NCBI GenBank assembly: GCA_040752695.1
Contig: JBFMGO010000065.1
Location: 1 to 33,311, forward strand
Length of the DNA stretch: 33,311 bases
Source of the DNA: a bacterium
Lineage (GTDB): Bacteria; SZUA-182; DTGQ01
Reading direction: 5' to 3'
Shown: positions 1 to 9,121 of the stretch, one piece after another
How positions within the stretch are numbered: position 1 is the first letter of the stretch
Layout of the letters: each line of letters starts with the position of its first letter
Position numbers and translations under genes: made by a program
The notes under the pieces: model-generated
Databases searched by the model: none
What the model was told of the DNA's origin: nothing
What the model saw: only the letters and a program-made list of their open reading frames with translations

Positions 1-196
1 CTTTCCCCCCTTATGGCTGGTTGCAAATGATACATCAACATGGCACTATACCACAGTATGAAATCAGCGATTATTGGTCAAGTAAAAAAATCTAAAAACT
101 ATTATCGGGGGTGCGGAAGCACGGATAGAGGTACGTATACGGATAATAAGATATGATCAAGAGAGTAAAGAATCCCTATGGAACAAATTAGAGAGC

Positions 197-1633
197 ATGG
201 GATATCAAATTGTTTTTACTTCAGGATCAGCAATTTATGTAAATATGCCTATTGATGAAGTAGCTAAGGTAGCAGCAGATCCAAATATAAGTCAGATTGA
301 TATGTCATCAAAGTATTTACCCTTCGATGATGCTATGGAGCACCCCGTACCACTTCCTAAAGGGGACATTTATACCTATGATGGAGCATTAACACAATCC
401 TTACAAAGTGCGCTTAAACAGAATGCCACAACTGTATTGGAATATGTCAAGTTTCTTGATGAAGCATCGCCTGTCACTTTGGCTAGAAGAGCGCCTGTCC
501 CCCTACCTGGCCCCATAAAGATAATTTATTCAGCTATAATTCTCATCCATCAGTATCGTGAAAATAGTGGTACTGATACCGAATGGGTAGCCATCATATC
601 GTCCATCCCTGAACTAGGAGAAGGGGAAGGGAAAGGAGAAGAGGAAAAAGTAATAGTCGTGAGACTGGATTACCGGACATTTGATATAAAGGGGATCGAT
701 ACGTTTACCTATCGGGTGGAAAAAGAGTTCAGCTTAGAAGAAGTTACCACTATTATGGAAGAAGAACTGCGGCTCCATCACCTTATTCCATCTGAAGAGG
801 ACTGTGAAGGATGTAGAGACTTGACCGGAAGTCCTTGCCAGGACTGTTCCGTTCATAAAGAGAATGTCCAGCTTCTAGGTGAGCATTACCTTTACTCGGT
901 TGCCGGGGCTGATCTTGGCGGAACCATAATCGTCAATAAATATACAGGAATACCTATATTTTTGGCAACTACAGGGAGAGAAGAAGGAGGAAGGCTCATA
1001 ACCCCCCAGCCATCCCCTTTGTCTGAAAGGGGTATTTTTATTCCATTTACAGAAATCAAAGGAAGAGTCGGCCAAGAAATCCGGGTTCCGATAAAAATCC
1101 AAAATATGCCTATCGAAATTCATTTCCTTATTCTTTACATCATCTATGATAAAAATGCCTTTGAATTTACAGGCTTGGAGAAAAGCGAGTTGACAGAATC
1201 TCTTGATGTTAAGGGGGGGGACGATAGAGATACCATATTCAGTGATCTGAACCAGCTTCAAATAGTTATGATTGATATCGGTGAGCAAGGACAAGGAATC
1301 CCTAAGGGTGCAAGTGGTGATCTGGCCTGGATGAAATTTAAAATCAAGACAGAGGAGGAAGGCAGATGCTATGCTTTTCAATTCCATCCGACGCATCATC
1401 CTGGTCCCTACGAAGAAGGTGGATGCCTGTGCATTCAAAAGTGTGACGAGGATCTTAACGAAGATGGTCAGGTTACTCCTGAGGATGCACTGATCGCTTT
1501 CAGGTGTTATCTTGAATCCGGCCCCTGTCTTGAGTGCTCTGATGTGGACAAGAATGGTATGGTAACTCCGCAAGACGCCCTCTGTATCCTTCAAAAATAC
1601 TTGGGAGCTCCTTCCTGCTTAGATGAGGGATGA
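197..1633 (+). CDS. Cohesin- and dockerin-domain protein, probably extracellular; 5' end uncertain
   Basis: C-terminal cohesin-like segment (GRVGQEIRVPIKIQN...IIYDKNAFEF...SGDLAWMKFKIK) followed by two dockerin Ca-loop repeats DLNEDGQVTPEDAL and DVDKNGMVTPQDAL. The frame is open upstream to position 86 and there is no signal peptide at ATG 197. Confidence 0.75.
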   Translation: MGYQIVFTSGSAIYVNMPIDEVAKVAADPNISQIDMSSKYLPFDDAMEHPVPLPKGDIYTYDGALTQSLQSALKQNATTVLEYVKFLDEASPVTLARRAPVPLPGPIKIIYSAIILIHQYRENSGTDTEWVAIISSIPELGEGEGKGEEEKVIVVRLDYRTFDIKGIDTFTYRVEKEFSLEEVTTIMEEELRLHHLIPSEEDCEGCRDLTGSPCQDCSVHKENVQLLGEHYLYSVAGADLGGTIIVNKYTGIPIFLATTGREEGGRLITPQPSPLSERGIFIPFTEIKGRVGQEIRVPIKIQNMPIEIHFLILYIIYDKNAFEFTGLEKSELTESLDVKGGDDRDTIFSDLNQLQIVMIDIGEQGQGIPKGASGDLAWMKFKIKTEEEGRCYAFQFHPTHHPGPYEEGGCLCIQKCDEDLNEDGQVTPEDALIAFRCYLESGPCLECSDVDKNGMVTPQDALCILQKYLGAPSCLDEG

Positions 1634-1681
1634 CACATTTGCATACGAGGGCTTGCCACCCCTGCCTGTAACTTCCAGGTA

Positions 1682-1750
1682 CAGGCCGCGATAACGAACG
1701 TCGCGATAACGAACCGGCCTGCAGGCCGCGATAACATAACGAGCCGGCCG
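1682..1750. repeat. Degenerate tandem repeat, core CGCGATAAC(GAAC), three copies
   Basis: gccgcgataacgaac gtcgcgataacgaac ... gccgcgataacataacgagc read directly. Confidence 0.8.
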
Positions 1751-1790
1751 GTTTCTTTCGTACTACTGATAGAGAATATACAGGGTAACA

Positions 1791-1813
1791 GGGTGGGGTT
1801 CTTTGCCCCACCC
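1791..1813. terminator. GC-rich hairpin, possible terminator
   Basis: Perfect 8-bp stem GGGTGGGG-ttctttg-CCCCACCC; poor U-tract. Confidence 0.4.
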
Positions 1814-1909
1814 GATACCTCTCTTTATACACTTATCCAGAAAGTTTTCTTGCGAATTTATCTAATTTAACAGGCATAGTGGAGATGACCTTCCCGGCTG
1901 CTTGGAAGG

Positions 1910-1944
1910 CTGTCAAAAATGAGGCATCTGCCAAAAATCGAGCA
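1910..1944. promoter_or_regulatory. Tandem candidate enhancer (NtrC-like) sites
   Basis: CTGTCAAAAATGAGGCA t CTGCCAAAAATCGAGCA resembles the central A-tract and right half of the NtrC box TGCACCAAAATGGTGCA. It lies about 170-200 bp upstream of a sigma-54 promoter. Confidence 0.4.
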
Positions 1945-2116
1945 CAGCCGATAAATATATGAAAAAATGCCTGTCATTTGTAGAAAACTGCCAATAGTCC
2001 CCAAGCAAATGCCCGAATCTTATCATGGATACAAAATGTTCGCATGAATGGTTAAAAATACCATAAGCGTATATAGATAAAAGCGATACAAGGCCCATAA
2101 TCGATGCGATTTTTTA

Positions 2117-2131
2117 TGGCATCAAGATTGC
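2117..2131 (+). promoter_or_regulatory. Sigma-54 (-24/-12) promoter of the small ORF-glnA unit
   Basis: TGGCATCAAGATTGC = GG-N10-GC, close to consensus TGGCACG-N4-TTGC, upstream of glnA. Confidence 0.85.
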
Positions 2132-2158
2132 CCATATTTTAATCAACTATCAGGAGGA

Positions 2159-2395
2159 ATGAACATGAAACGGCAATGTCATCTGAAGTCTGTCAAGAGG
2201 TTCACTAAAAAGGAGGACGCGGATGTAAAGGACCATTTTAAAACGGTGGCCAGACATGTTACTACAAGCGCGGCCAGTGTTCTTGATGAGACATGGGCCA
2301 TATGGGAAATAGATCCATCTTCAAAAGAACTGCGGGAAAAATTCTCCCTTCTTGAATATTATCTCGATTATTTAAAGCGGCTCTGTGAAGAATAA
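2159..2395 (+). CDS. Small hypothetical protein (76-78 aa) upstream of glnA; start probably ATG 2165
   Basis: SD CAGGAGG just upstream, directly after a sigma-54 promoter. Helical amphipathic C-terminus (LREKFSLLEYYLDYLKRLCEE). No family recognised. Confidence 0.6.
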   Translation: MNMKRQCHLKSVKRFTKKEDADVKDHFKTVARHVTTSAASVLDETWAIWEIDPSSKELREKFSLLEYYLDYLKRLCEE

Positions 2396-2475
2396 CGACA
2401 GATGGCCCACTTTTCCATGGTATTACCTTACACAATGTAATGCTTGTTGCAGGAGAACCGAAAGGAGGATAAAAA

Positions 2476-3807
2476 GTGTCAATCAGAAGTAAAGAAGAAA
2501 TTATGGCCCTCGTTAAGGAGAAAGATGTTAAATTTATCCGTTTGTGGTTTACCGATATCCTGGGTCAGGTAAAGAGTTTCGCGATTACCGATAATGAACT
2601 GGAGGGTGCACTGGAAAACGGAATGGGGTTTGACGGCTCTTCCATTACCGGCTTCCAGTCCATAGAAGAGAGTGACATGATTGCCATGCCCGACCTGGAT
2701 ACCTTTCAGATCATTCCCTGGCGGCCCAAAGAGAAGGCCGTAGCCAGAATGATCTGCGATATCCTGACCCCGGACAGAAAACCATACGAGGGAGATCCCC
2801 GCTATGTCCTGAAAAAGGCGCTGCAAAGAGCTAAAGACATGGGGTTCGATCATTTTTACACCGGCCCTGAGCTGGAATTTTTCTATTTCAAGAGCGATCA
2901 GGCTACCGAAATCCTGGACAAGGGCGGATATTTTGATTTGACTACCCTTGACGTAGCCAGCGATATGCGCCGGGATACGATTTTATCCCTCGAGAAAATG
3001 GGGGTTCAGATTGAATACAGTCACCATGAGGTTGGTCCATCTCAGCATGAAATCGATATGCGGTATGCCGATGCCCTGAAGATGGCCGACAATGTTATCA
3101 CCTACCGGATAACGGTCAAGGAAATTGCCCAGCAGTATGGCTATTATGCCACCTTTATGCCAAAGCCTCTTTTTGGCCATAATGGAAGCGGAATGCACAC
3201 GCATCAATCCTTGTTCCGGGGCAGTAAGAACGCCTTCTACGATGCGAATGACAAGTATCATCTCAGCGCGGAGGCAAAAGGGTTTATTGCCGGGCAACTC
3301 AAGCACGCCAGGGAGATGTCATCTGTTTTTGCTCAGTGGGTAAACTCCTATAAGAGACTTGTGCCAGGATATGAAGCTCCGGTTTATATTGCCTGGTCAA
3401 GGAGAAACCGCTCCGCACTGGTCCGGGTCCCCATGTATCATCCGGGCAAAGAGATGGCTACCAGGGCAGAGTTGCGGTGTCCAGATCCGGGCTGCAACCC
3501 TTATCTTACCTTCGCAACCATCCTCCATGCAGGTCTTGAGGGCATCGAGAAAGGATATACCCTGCCCGATCCAATGGAGACAAACCTCTATCACCTATCA
3601 GCCGCAGAGCGCAAGGCCGCCGGAATCGAGTCACTGCCGGACAGCCTGGGAGACGCTATCACCCTGACCGAGAACAGTGAAATTGTGAAAAAGGCCCTCG
3701 GTGAGCATGTTTTCAGCCGTTTCGTAACCTTGAAGAGAAACGAATGGGATAATTACCGCATTCAGTTGACCAGGTACGAAATAGAAAACCTTTTGCCTAT
3801 CCTGTAA
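2476..3807 (+). CDS. glnA: Glutamine synthetase type I (GSI-alpha size, 443 aa)
   Basis: Motifs FDGSS, GPELEFF, HHEV, FMPKP..G.NGSGMH, NSYKRLVPGYEAP; SD AAAGGAGG with GTG start. Confidence 0.98.
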   Translation: MSIRSKEEIMALVKEKDVKFIRLWFTDILGQVKSFAITDNELEGALENGMGFDGSSITGFQSIEESDMIAMPDLDTFQIIPWRPKEKAVARMICDILTPDRKPYEGDPRYVLKKALQRAKDMGFDHFYTGPELEFFYFKSDQATEILDKGGYFDLTTLDVASDMRRDTILSLEKMGVQIEYSHHEVGPSQHEIDMRYADALKMADNVITYRITVKEIAQQYGYYATFMPKPLFGHNGSGMHTHQSLFRGSKNAFYDANDKYHLSAEAKGFIAGQLKHAREMSSVFAQWVNSYKRLVPGYEAPVYIAWSRRNRSALVRVPMYHPGKEMATRAELRCPDPGCNPYLTFATILHAGLEGIEKGYTLPDPMETNLYHLSAAERKAAGIESLPDSLGDAITLTENSEIVKKALGEHVFSRFVTLKRNEWDNYRIQLTRYEIENLLPIL

Positions 3808-3858
3808 TTTAGACAGGTAAGCCGTTATCGGCAAGGCAAGTCAAGTCAGTAAGTGTGA

Positions 3859-3897
3859 GGGTGGCCACATAGTGAAAAAGTGGCCGCCCGAATTTTT
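3859..3897 (+). terminator. Intrinsic terminator after glnA
   Basis: GGGTGGCCAC...GTGGCCGCCC stem followed by gaattttt. Confidence 0.6.
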
Positions 3898-4031
3898 CTG
3901 CGTATGAGAATGGCAAAGAGATAATAAAAGTCTTTGAGCCCTTATCTCTATAGGGTATAATAATAAGCAGGTTTTTCTCTGCCGTTGCCTAAATTTTAAT
4001 CATTTTTTATACATTTATGATGTTCGTTTGA

Positions 4032-4047
4032 TGGAAGCAAGAGTGCA
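4032..4047 (+). promoter_or_regulatory. Second sigma-54-type promoter (glutamate synthase operon)
   Basis: TGGAAGCAAGAGTGCA = GG-N10-GC; 12 of 15 positions identical to the promoter at 2117. Confidence 0.6.
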
Positions 4048-4124
4048 GGGATGTGCGTCCTTTTTCTTTGTGAGCATTGAGACAGGGCTTTTATGACAGA
4101 TAAAAGAGGGATACGCAAAAAACC

Positions 4125-4370
4125 GTGAAAAGGCAAAAGTCTCAGAATACAAAATCGGTCGAGCAGGTGGTAGGTGAACTGGAGGAAGCCTTTTTATATG
4201 CAGAGGCTGGTAATTTATATAAATTCGTTATCGAGGCGGCAGAAAAACCACTGATTGAACATGCCTTGATGAGAGCGGAAGGAAATCAACTAAAAGCCGC
4301 CAAAATTTTGGGTATCAACAGAAATACTCTCCGTTCCAAGATCAAGAAACTGGGAATTAAAGTAAAATGA
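4125..4370 (+). CDS. Stand-alone Fis/NtrC-type helix-turn-helix (HTH_8) protein
   Basis: [18 protein letters not shown]...[26 protein letters not shown] is the NtrC/Fis C-terminal HTH signature. No receiver or AAA+ domain. Confidence 0.9.
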   Translation: MKRQKSQNTKSVEQVVGELEEAFLYAEAGNLYKFVIEAAEKPLIEHALMRAEGNQLKAAKILGINRNTLRSKIKKLGIKVK

Positions 4371-5647
4371 TGGAAGAACTCATGGTAGAAAAAATGTATG
4401 TAGCAGACAAAGATTACCGGGTGCCGGCTGGATGTGGGGTATCCGGCATCATGAACGAGACGGGAGAGAGGTTTGGCGGAGATGCCATTATTACCTCGAT
4501 TGCTCTCATGCGCGACCGCTCCAACGGCCTGGGTGGAGGATTTGCCGCCTACGGGATCTATCCGGATCTGGCGAACTATTATGCTTTTCACCTCATGTAC
4601 GAATCCGAGGATGCCAGGCGGCAGACCGAGGAATACCTCAAGGGGTGTTACACGATCATGCATGATGAGCCCATACCGAGCCGGGAGGTCAAAACGATCA
4701 AGCACAGCCCCATTCTCTGGCGGTACTTTCTTATGCCCCGTGAAGAGGCACTGACCAGGGATCCCCTTCTTTCCGAAAAGGATTTTGTCGCCATGACGGT
4801 CATGCACGTCAACAGCCGGATTACCCATGCCCTGGTGGCTTCAAGCGGCAAAAACATGGGTATTTTCAAAGGGGTCGGTTATCCTGAGGACATTGGGGAA
4901 TTTTACTGTCTGGAAGGGTATAAGGGGTATATCTGGACATCTCACGGCAGGTTTCCCACCAACAGTGTAGCCTGGTGGGGCGGTGCTCATCCTTTTGGGC
5001 TCCTGGACTGGTCCGTAGTGCATAATGGGGAAATATCTTCCTATGGCATCAATCGGCGGTACCTGCAAAACTTTGGCTATTTCTGTTCATTTTTCACCGA
5101 TACGGAGGTTATTACCTATCTGGTCGATCTTTTGATCCGAAAGCATGAGCTTTCGTTCGAAATGGTAGCCAAAATTCTGGCAGCTCCCTTTTGGGTGGAT
5201 ATTGAAAGGATGCCGGAAGAGGAAAAGGAATTTTATCAGAGCATGCGAATGGTTTACGGCTCTGCCCTGCTCAATGGCCCATTCGGGGTTATCGTGGCCA
5301 ACACCGAAACCATGCTCGGTTTGAATGACCGGCTTAAGCTCCGTCCCCTGGTGGCAGCACGCTGGGGGAACTTCGTTTACATTGCCTCGGAGGAATCCGC
5401 TATTCGGGAGATTTGCCCTCAGCCGGACCGGGTCTGGATGCCCAGAGCAGGAGAGCCGGTGCTGGCCAGATTAAGGAAGGATGGCTCAAGCGCAGGTGCC
5501 GGTCAGTCTTTGGCCGCTCAGGGTCTTGAGACCGTCAGTCCGGGCTGTGAGGCCGCCTGCCCCTGCCAGGAATGCGAGCCTGCCAGTCAGGGCTATGAGG
5601 CAGCCAGCCAGGACTCTGAGGCTTATGGAAGAAAGGAGGTGCTGTAA
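4367..5647 (+). CDS. gltB1: Class II glutamine amidotransferase, GltB1 subunit of split glutamate synthase (start may be ATG 4395)
   Basis: CGVSG nucleophile, [45 protein letters not shown]. Confidence 0.92.
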   Translation: MMEELMVEKMYVADKDYRVPAGCGVSGIMNETGERFGGDAIITSIALMRDRSNGLGGGFAAYGIYPDLANYYAFHLMYESEDARRQTEEYLKGCYTIMHDEPIPSREVKTIKHSPILWRYFLMPREEALTRDPLLSEKDFVAMTVMHVNSRITHALVASSGKNMGIFKGVGYPEDIGEFYCLEGYKGYIWTSHGRFPTNSVAWWGGAHPFGLLDWSVVHNGEISSYGINRRYLQNFGYFCSFFTDTEVITYLVDLLIRKHELSFEMVAKILAAPFWVDIERMPEEEKEFYQSMRMVYGSALLNGPFGVIVANTETMLGLNDRLKLRPLVAARWGNFVYIASEESAIREICPQPDRVWMPRAGEPVLARLRKDGSSAGAGQSLAAQGLETVSPGCEAACPCQECEPASQGYEAASQDSEAYGRKEVL

Positions 5648-7182
5648 TGGCCAAGATACCGATAGTGCAGGATTTTGTTGTTGACCGGGACGAAGATAAA
5701 TGCATAAGCTGTCAGGTGTGCTGCCGGATGTGCTCCAACGATGCCCATACCTATGACCGAGAAACGGACAAGGTCAGCACAGATACCGCTAAATGTGTCG
5801 GCTGCCATTTTTGTGAGAGTTTCTGCCCTACCGATGCCCTGACCATCAGGCGAAATGCTTCCGAGATCCGCCAAAACGCCAACTGGAAGCAGGAAATGCT
5901 GACCTGGATAGCCAAGCAGGCCGAGACCGGCGGAGTTCTCTTGACCGGCATGGGCTGTGATCAGCCTTTTCCTGTCTACTGGGACCATATCCTCCTGAAT
6001 GCCTCACAGGTTACCAACCCTTCCATAGATCCTTTGAGGGAGCCTATGGAGCTGCGGACCTACCTTGGCTGCAAGCCAGACCGGTTAGAGGTTGAGTCCC
6101 CGCAGCAACAGTGTCCTGAAAAGGCGCCCCATCTCAAGGCAAAACCTGGAAAGCAGCTTTTGCTGCAGACGCCGATTCTGTTTTCAGCCATGTCCTATGG
6201 CTCGATCAGTCTGAATGCCTGCAAGTCGCTGGCCTGGGCAGCTTCTGAGTTCGGCACCTTTTATAATACCGGCGAAGGGGGCCTGCACCGTGATCTCTAC
6301 CCCTATGGAGCCAATACGATCGTTCAGGTAGCCTCTGGCAGATTCGGTGTTCATGAGGAGTACCTCAAGGCGGGAGCAGCCATAGAGATCAAGATCGGCC
6401 AGGGAGCCAAGCCTGGTATCGGCGGGCATCTGCCGGGAGAAAAGGTCAATGAGGAAGTCAGCCGCACCCGAATGATTCCCATGGGTTCGGATGCGATTTC
6501 TCCTGCGCCTCACCACGATATTTATTCCATCGAGGATTTGCGTCAGCTCATTTATGCCCTGAAAGAGGCTACCCGCTACGAGAAGCCGGTGGGCGTAAAA
6601 ATATCGGCTGTCCATAACGTGGCACCTATCGCTACCGGCGTTGTGCGCGCAGGTGCCGATTTTGTCAGTATCGACGGTTTGCGGGGAGGAACGGGCGCCG
6701 CTCCGACGGTCATCAGAAATAATGTGGGAATTCCCATCGAACTGGCCATTGCCGCGGTCGATACCCGTCTGAGGCAGGAGGGAATCAGAAACCATGCCTC
6801 GGTTATAGCAGCCGGAGGATTTCGCACCAGCGGGGACATTATCAAAGCCATAGCACTGGGTGCGGATGCAGTGTACATCGGCACCTCCGCCCTGGTTGCC
6901 CTGGGCTGCCACCTTTGCCAGAAATGTTATACCGGCAAATGCAACTGGGGGATTGCCACCCAGGACCCTTACCTCACCAAGCGGCTGAATCCCCACATCG
7001 GAGCACGCAGGCTGATCAACCTTCTGCGGGCCTGGTCTTTGGAAATCAAAGAGATGCTGGGCGGCATGGGCATCAACGCCATTGAGTCCCTCAGGGGAAA
7101 CCGTGAAGCTCTGCGGGGCGTCGGTCTTTCGGATACGGATTTGAAAATTTTGGGAATCAAGCCGGCAGGCGAAGCGTGGTAG
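5647..7182 (+). CDS. gltB2: FMN-binding glutamate synthase subunit with N-terminal 2x[4Fe-4S] (GltB2)
   Basis: Two CxxCxxCxxxC motifs, AMSYGS, NTGEGG, QVASGRFGV, EIKIGQGAKPGIGGHLPGEKV, SPAPHHDIYSIEDL, CHLCQKCYTGKC. Confidence 0.97.
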   Translation: MAKIPIVQDFVVDRDEDKCISCQVCCRMCSNDAHTYDRETDKVSTDTAKCVGCHFCESFCPTDALTIRRNASEIRQNANWKQEMLTWIAKQAETGGVLLTGMGCDQPFPVYWDHILLNASQVTNPSIDPLREPMELRTYLGCKPDRLEVESPQQQCPEKAPHLKAKPGKQLLLQTPILFSAMSYGSISLNACKSLAWAASEFGTFYNTGEGGLHRDLYPYGANTIVQVASGRFGVHEEYLKAGAAIEIKIGQGAKPGIGGHLPGEKVNEEVSRTRMIPMGSDAISPAPHHDIYSIEDLRQLIYALKEATRYEKPVGVKISAVHNVAPIATGVVRAGADFVSIDGLRGGTGAAPTVIRNNVGIPIELAIAAVDTRLRQEGIRNHASVIAAGGFRTSGDIIKAIALGADAVYIGTSALVALGCHLCQKCYTGKCNWGIATQDPYLTKRLNPHIGARRLINLLRAWSLEIKEMLGGMGINAIESLRGNREALRGVGLSDTDLKILGIKPAGEAW

Positions 7183-7201
7183 GGATAAGGAGAAGGATGG
7201 A

Positions 7202-7642
7202 ATGAAAAGAATTGTTATCCGTGAAGAATATTGTATGGGCTGCCGACTGTGTGAAATCCATTGCCTGGTCCAGCATTCGAAGTCAAAGGAAATCATCAAG
7301 GCCTACAAGGGTGAATATCCCAAGGCACTGCCGCGCGTTTTGGTAGAGGAGAAGGAATACCTGTCCTTCGCTCTTCAATGCCGCCACTGTGAGGATGCTC
7401 CCTGCCTGGAAGCGTGTATGACTGGAGCCATGCACAAAGATGAGGAAACCGGTGCTGTCATCTGCAACGAAGATAAATGCGTAGGCTGCTGGATGTGCAT
7501 CATGGTCTGCCCCTTTGGTGTCATTGCCAGAAATACGGAAGGGAAGAAGGCCGCCTCCAAATGTGATCTGTGCCTGGGAGAAAAGATGCCGGTTTGCGTC
7601 CAGCACTGCCCCAACGAAGCCATTGTGTTTGAGGAAAAATAA
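7202..7642 (+). CDS. 4Fe-4S dicluster (four-cluster, CooF/HydN-like) electron-transfer protein
   Basis: CMGCRLCEIHC, CRHCEDAPCLEAC, CVGCWMCIMVCP, KCDLC...PVCVQHCP. Confidence 0.95.
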   Translation: MKRIVIREEYCMGCRLCEIHCLVQHSKSKEIIKAYKGEYPKALPRVLVEEKEYLSFALQCRHCEDAPCLEACMTGAMHKDEETGAVICNEDKCVGCWMCIMVCPFGVIARNTEGKKAASKCDLCLGEKMPVCVQHCPNEAIVFEEK

Positions 7643-7648
7643 AAGAAC

Positions 7649-7713
7649 AGGAGTCAAAAATCCGGTGCTTTGGAAGTCAGAACGAAGGCTGTCTTTGTCT
7701 GACTTTTTGACTC
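7649..7713. repeat. Palindromic element built from AGTCAGA/TCTGACT-type heptamers (copy 1)
   Basis: gagtcaaaaa/tttttgactc and aagtcaga/tctgactt inverted pairs. Confidence 0.65.
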
Positions 7714-7746
7714 TCTGGAATTATTCTTTTACATCGTATAATTAGG

Positions 7747-9066
7747 ATGCAAAAAATGATTAAGACAAAGTATTTGATTATTGGTAATTCCACGGCTGCC
7801 ATCAATGCCGTAGAGGCCATCCGGGAAAGGGACCAAAAGTCCATTCTGCACCTGGTCTCGGATGAGTCCTGCCATACCTATTCAAGACCTTTGATCTCAT
7901 ATTATCTGGGAAATAAGGTAGGAGAGGATAAGCTTTCTTATCGGCCACCCTCGTTCTATGATCTTCATAATGTTCAGGAACTTCTGGGAGAAAAGGCTGT
8001 TCGCCTCGAACTTCCGGCCAGAGAGGTTATCCTGGAGGATCAGACGAGCATACAATTTGAAAAGCTCCTTCTGGCCACCGGAGGGACCCCCTTTGTTCCC
8101 GACACACCGGGACAGGACCTGTCTGGAGTTTTTACCTTCACCACCCTGGACGATGCCCTCAAGGTCAAAAATTTCATCGCCGAGCACAAGGTTAAAAAGG
8201 CTGTGGTCGTTGGTGGAGGACTTATCGGCCTGAAGGTTACCGAAGCACTCTTAGCCCTGGACATCCAGGTCACCATCGTGGAACTGGCTGACCGGATCTT
8301 GAGCGCAACCTTTGACCGGACAGCATCCAGAGTCATTGAACGGGCTCTGAAAGGGATCGGCTGCACCTGCCTGACCGGCAATACTGTGAATGAGATCCGG
8401 GAAGGGCAGGAGGGGCGAGTGGGAAGCGTCATCCTGCGGGATAATGCCGTGGTCGACTGCGAGCTGGTAATCATGGCCATCGGTGTCAGGCCCAGAGTTG
8501 ATCTGGTCAAGGGGACCGATATCAAGATCAACCGCGGAATCCTGGTCGATGAGTATCTACAAACCAGTGTGGAAGGCATCTACGCAGCCGGTGATGTAGT
8601 GGAAGGATACGACCTTCTGGCCCATGTCACCCGGCCCATTGCCATCCTGCCCAACGCTGCCCGGCAGGGCAAAATCGCCGGAACCAATATGGCTGGAGAG
8701 AAAAGAGCCTACGAAGGCACTATGGCCATGAATTCAGTGGAACTGGCCGGTATTCCCACCATTTCCGTAGGACTGACCGATCCTTCGGCCCTGGCTGATG
8801 CCGAGAGGCGGAATGGAATGGAAGTTGTTCAGGAATATAGCGAGAAAGATTCGATATACAAGAAAATCATTCTGGAAGACAACAGAATAGTAGGCATAAT
8901 TCTGGTTGGCAGGATCGATCGTGCCGGAATCTACACCGGCTTGATTAAAGATAAAGTGGATATTTCATCCTTCCGGGGACATCTCCTGAAGGATGATTTT
9001 GGTCTGCTTTCTCTGCCCAGGGAATATCGCAAACATATGGTCACTGGCCAGGGAATCGAGATATGA
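7747..9066 (+). CDS. FAD-dependent NAD(P)H oxidoreductase (NADH oxidase/rubredoxin reductase/NirB N-terminal-like)
   Basis: IIGNSTAA, YSRPLI, LLLATGG, VVGGGLIG, TS..GIYAAGDV. Confidence 0.93.
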   Translation: MQKMIKTKYLIIGNSTAAINAVEAIRERDQKSILHLVSDESCHTYSRPLISYYLGNKVGEDKLSYRPPSFYDLHNVQELLGEKAVRLELPAREVILEDQTSIQFEKLLLATGGTPFVPDTPGQDLSGVFTFTTLDDALKVKNFIAEHKVKKAVVVGGGLIGLKVTEALLALDIQVTIVELADRILSATFDRTASRVIERALKGIGCTCLTGNTVNEIREGQEGRVGSVILRDNAVVDCELVIMAIGVRPRVDLVKGTDIKINRGILVDEYLQTSVEGIYAAGDVVEGYDLLAHVTRPIAILPNAARQGKIAGTNMAGEKRAYEGTMAMNSVELAGIPTISVGLTDPSALADAERRNGMEVVQEYSEKDSIYKKIILEDNRIVGIILVGRIDRAGIYTGLIKDKVDISSFRGHLLKDDFGLLSLPREYRKHMVTGQGIEI

Positions 9067-9121
9067 TGTGTGGCGCAAAGCGATGCGAGAAGCATAATGA
9101 TGAGAAGGCAAGGGATACTCT

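Noticed and set aside
2428..2440. TTACA-CAA-TGTAA palindrome before glnA as a GlnR/TnrA box
   Set aside because: Arm order and spacing do not fit TGTNA-N7-TNACA; no glnA riboswitch pattern was recognised either.
6184..7299. Long antisense ORF (371 aa) and similar shadows opposite glnA, infB, yebC and fusA
   Set aside because: Antisense shadows of well-supported genes, with no motifs.
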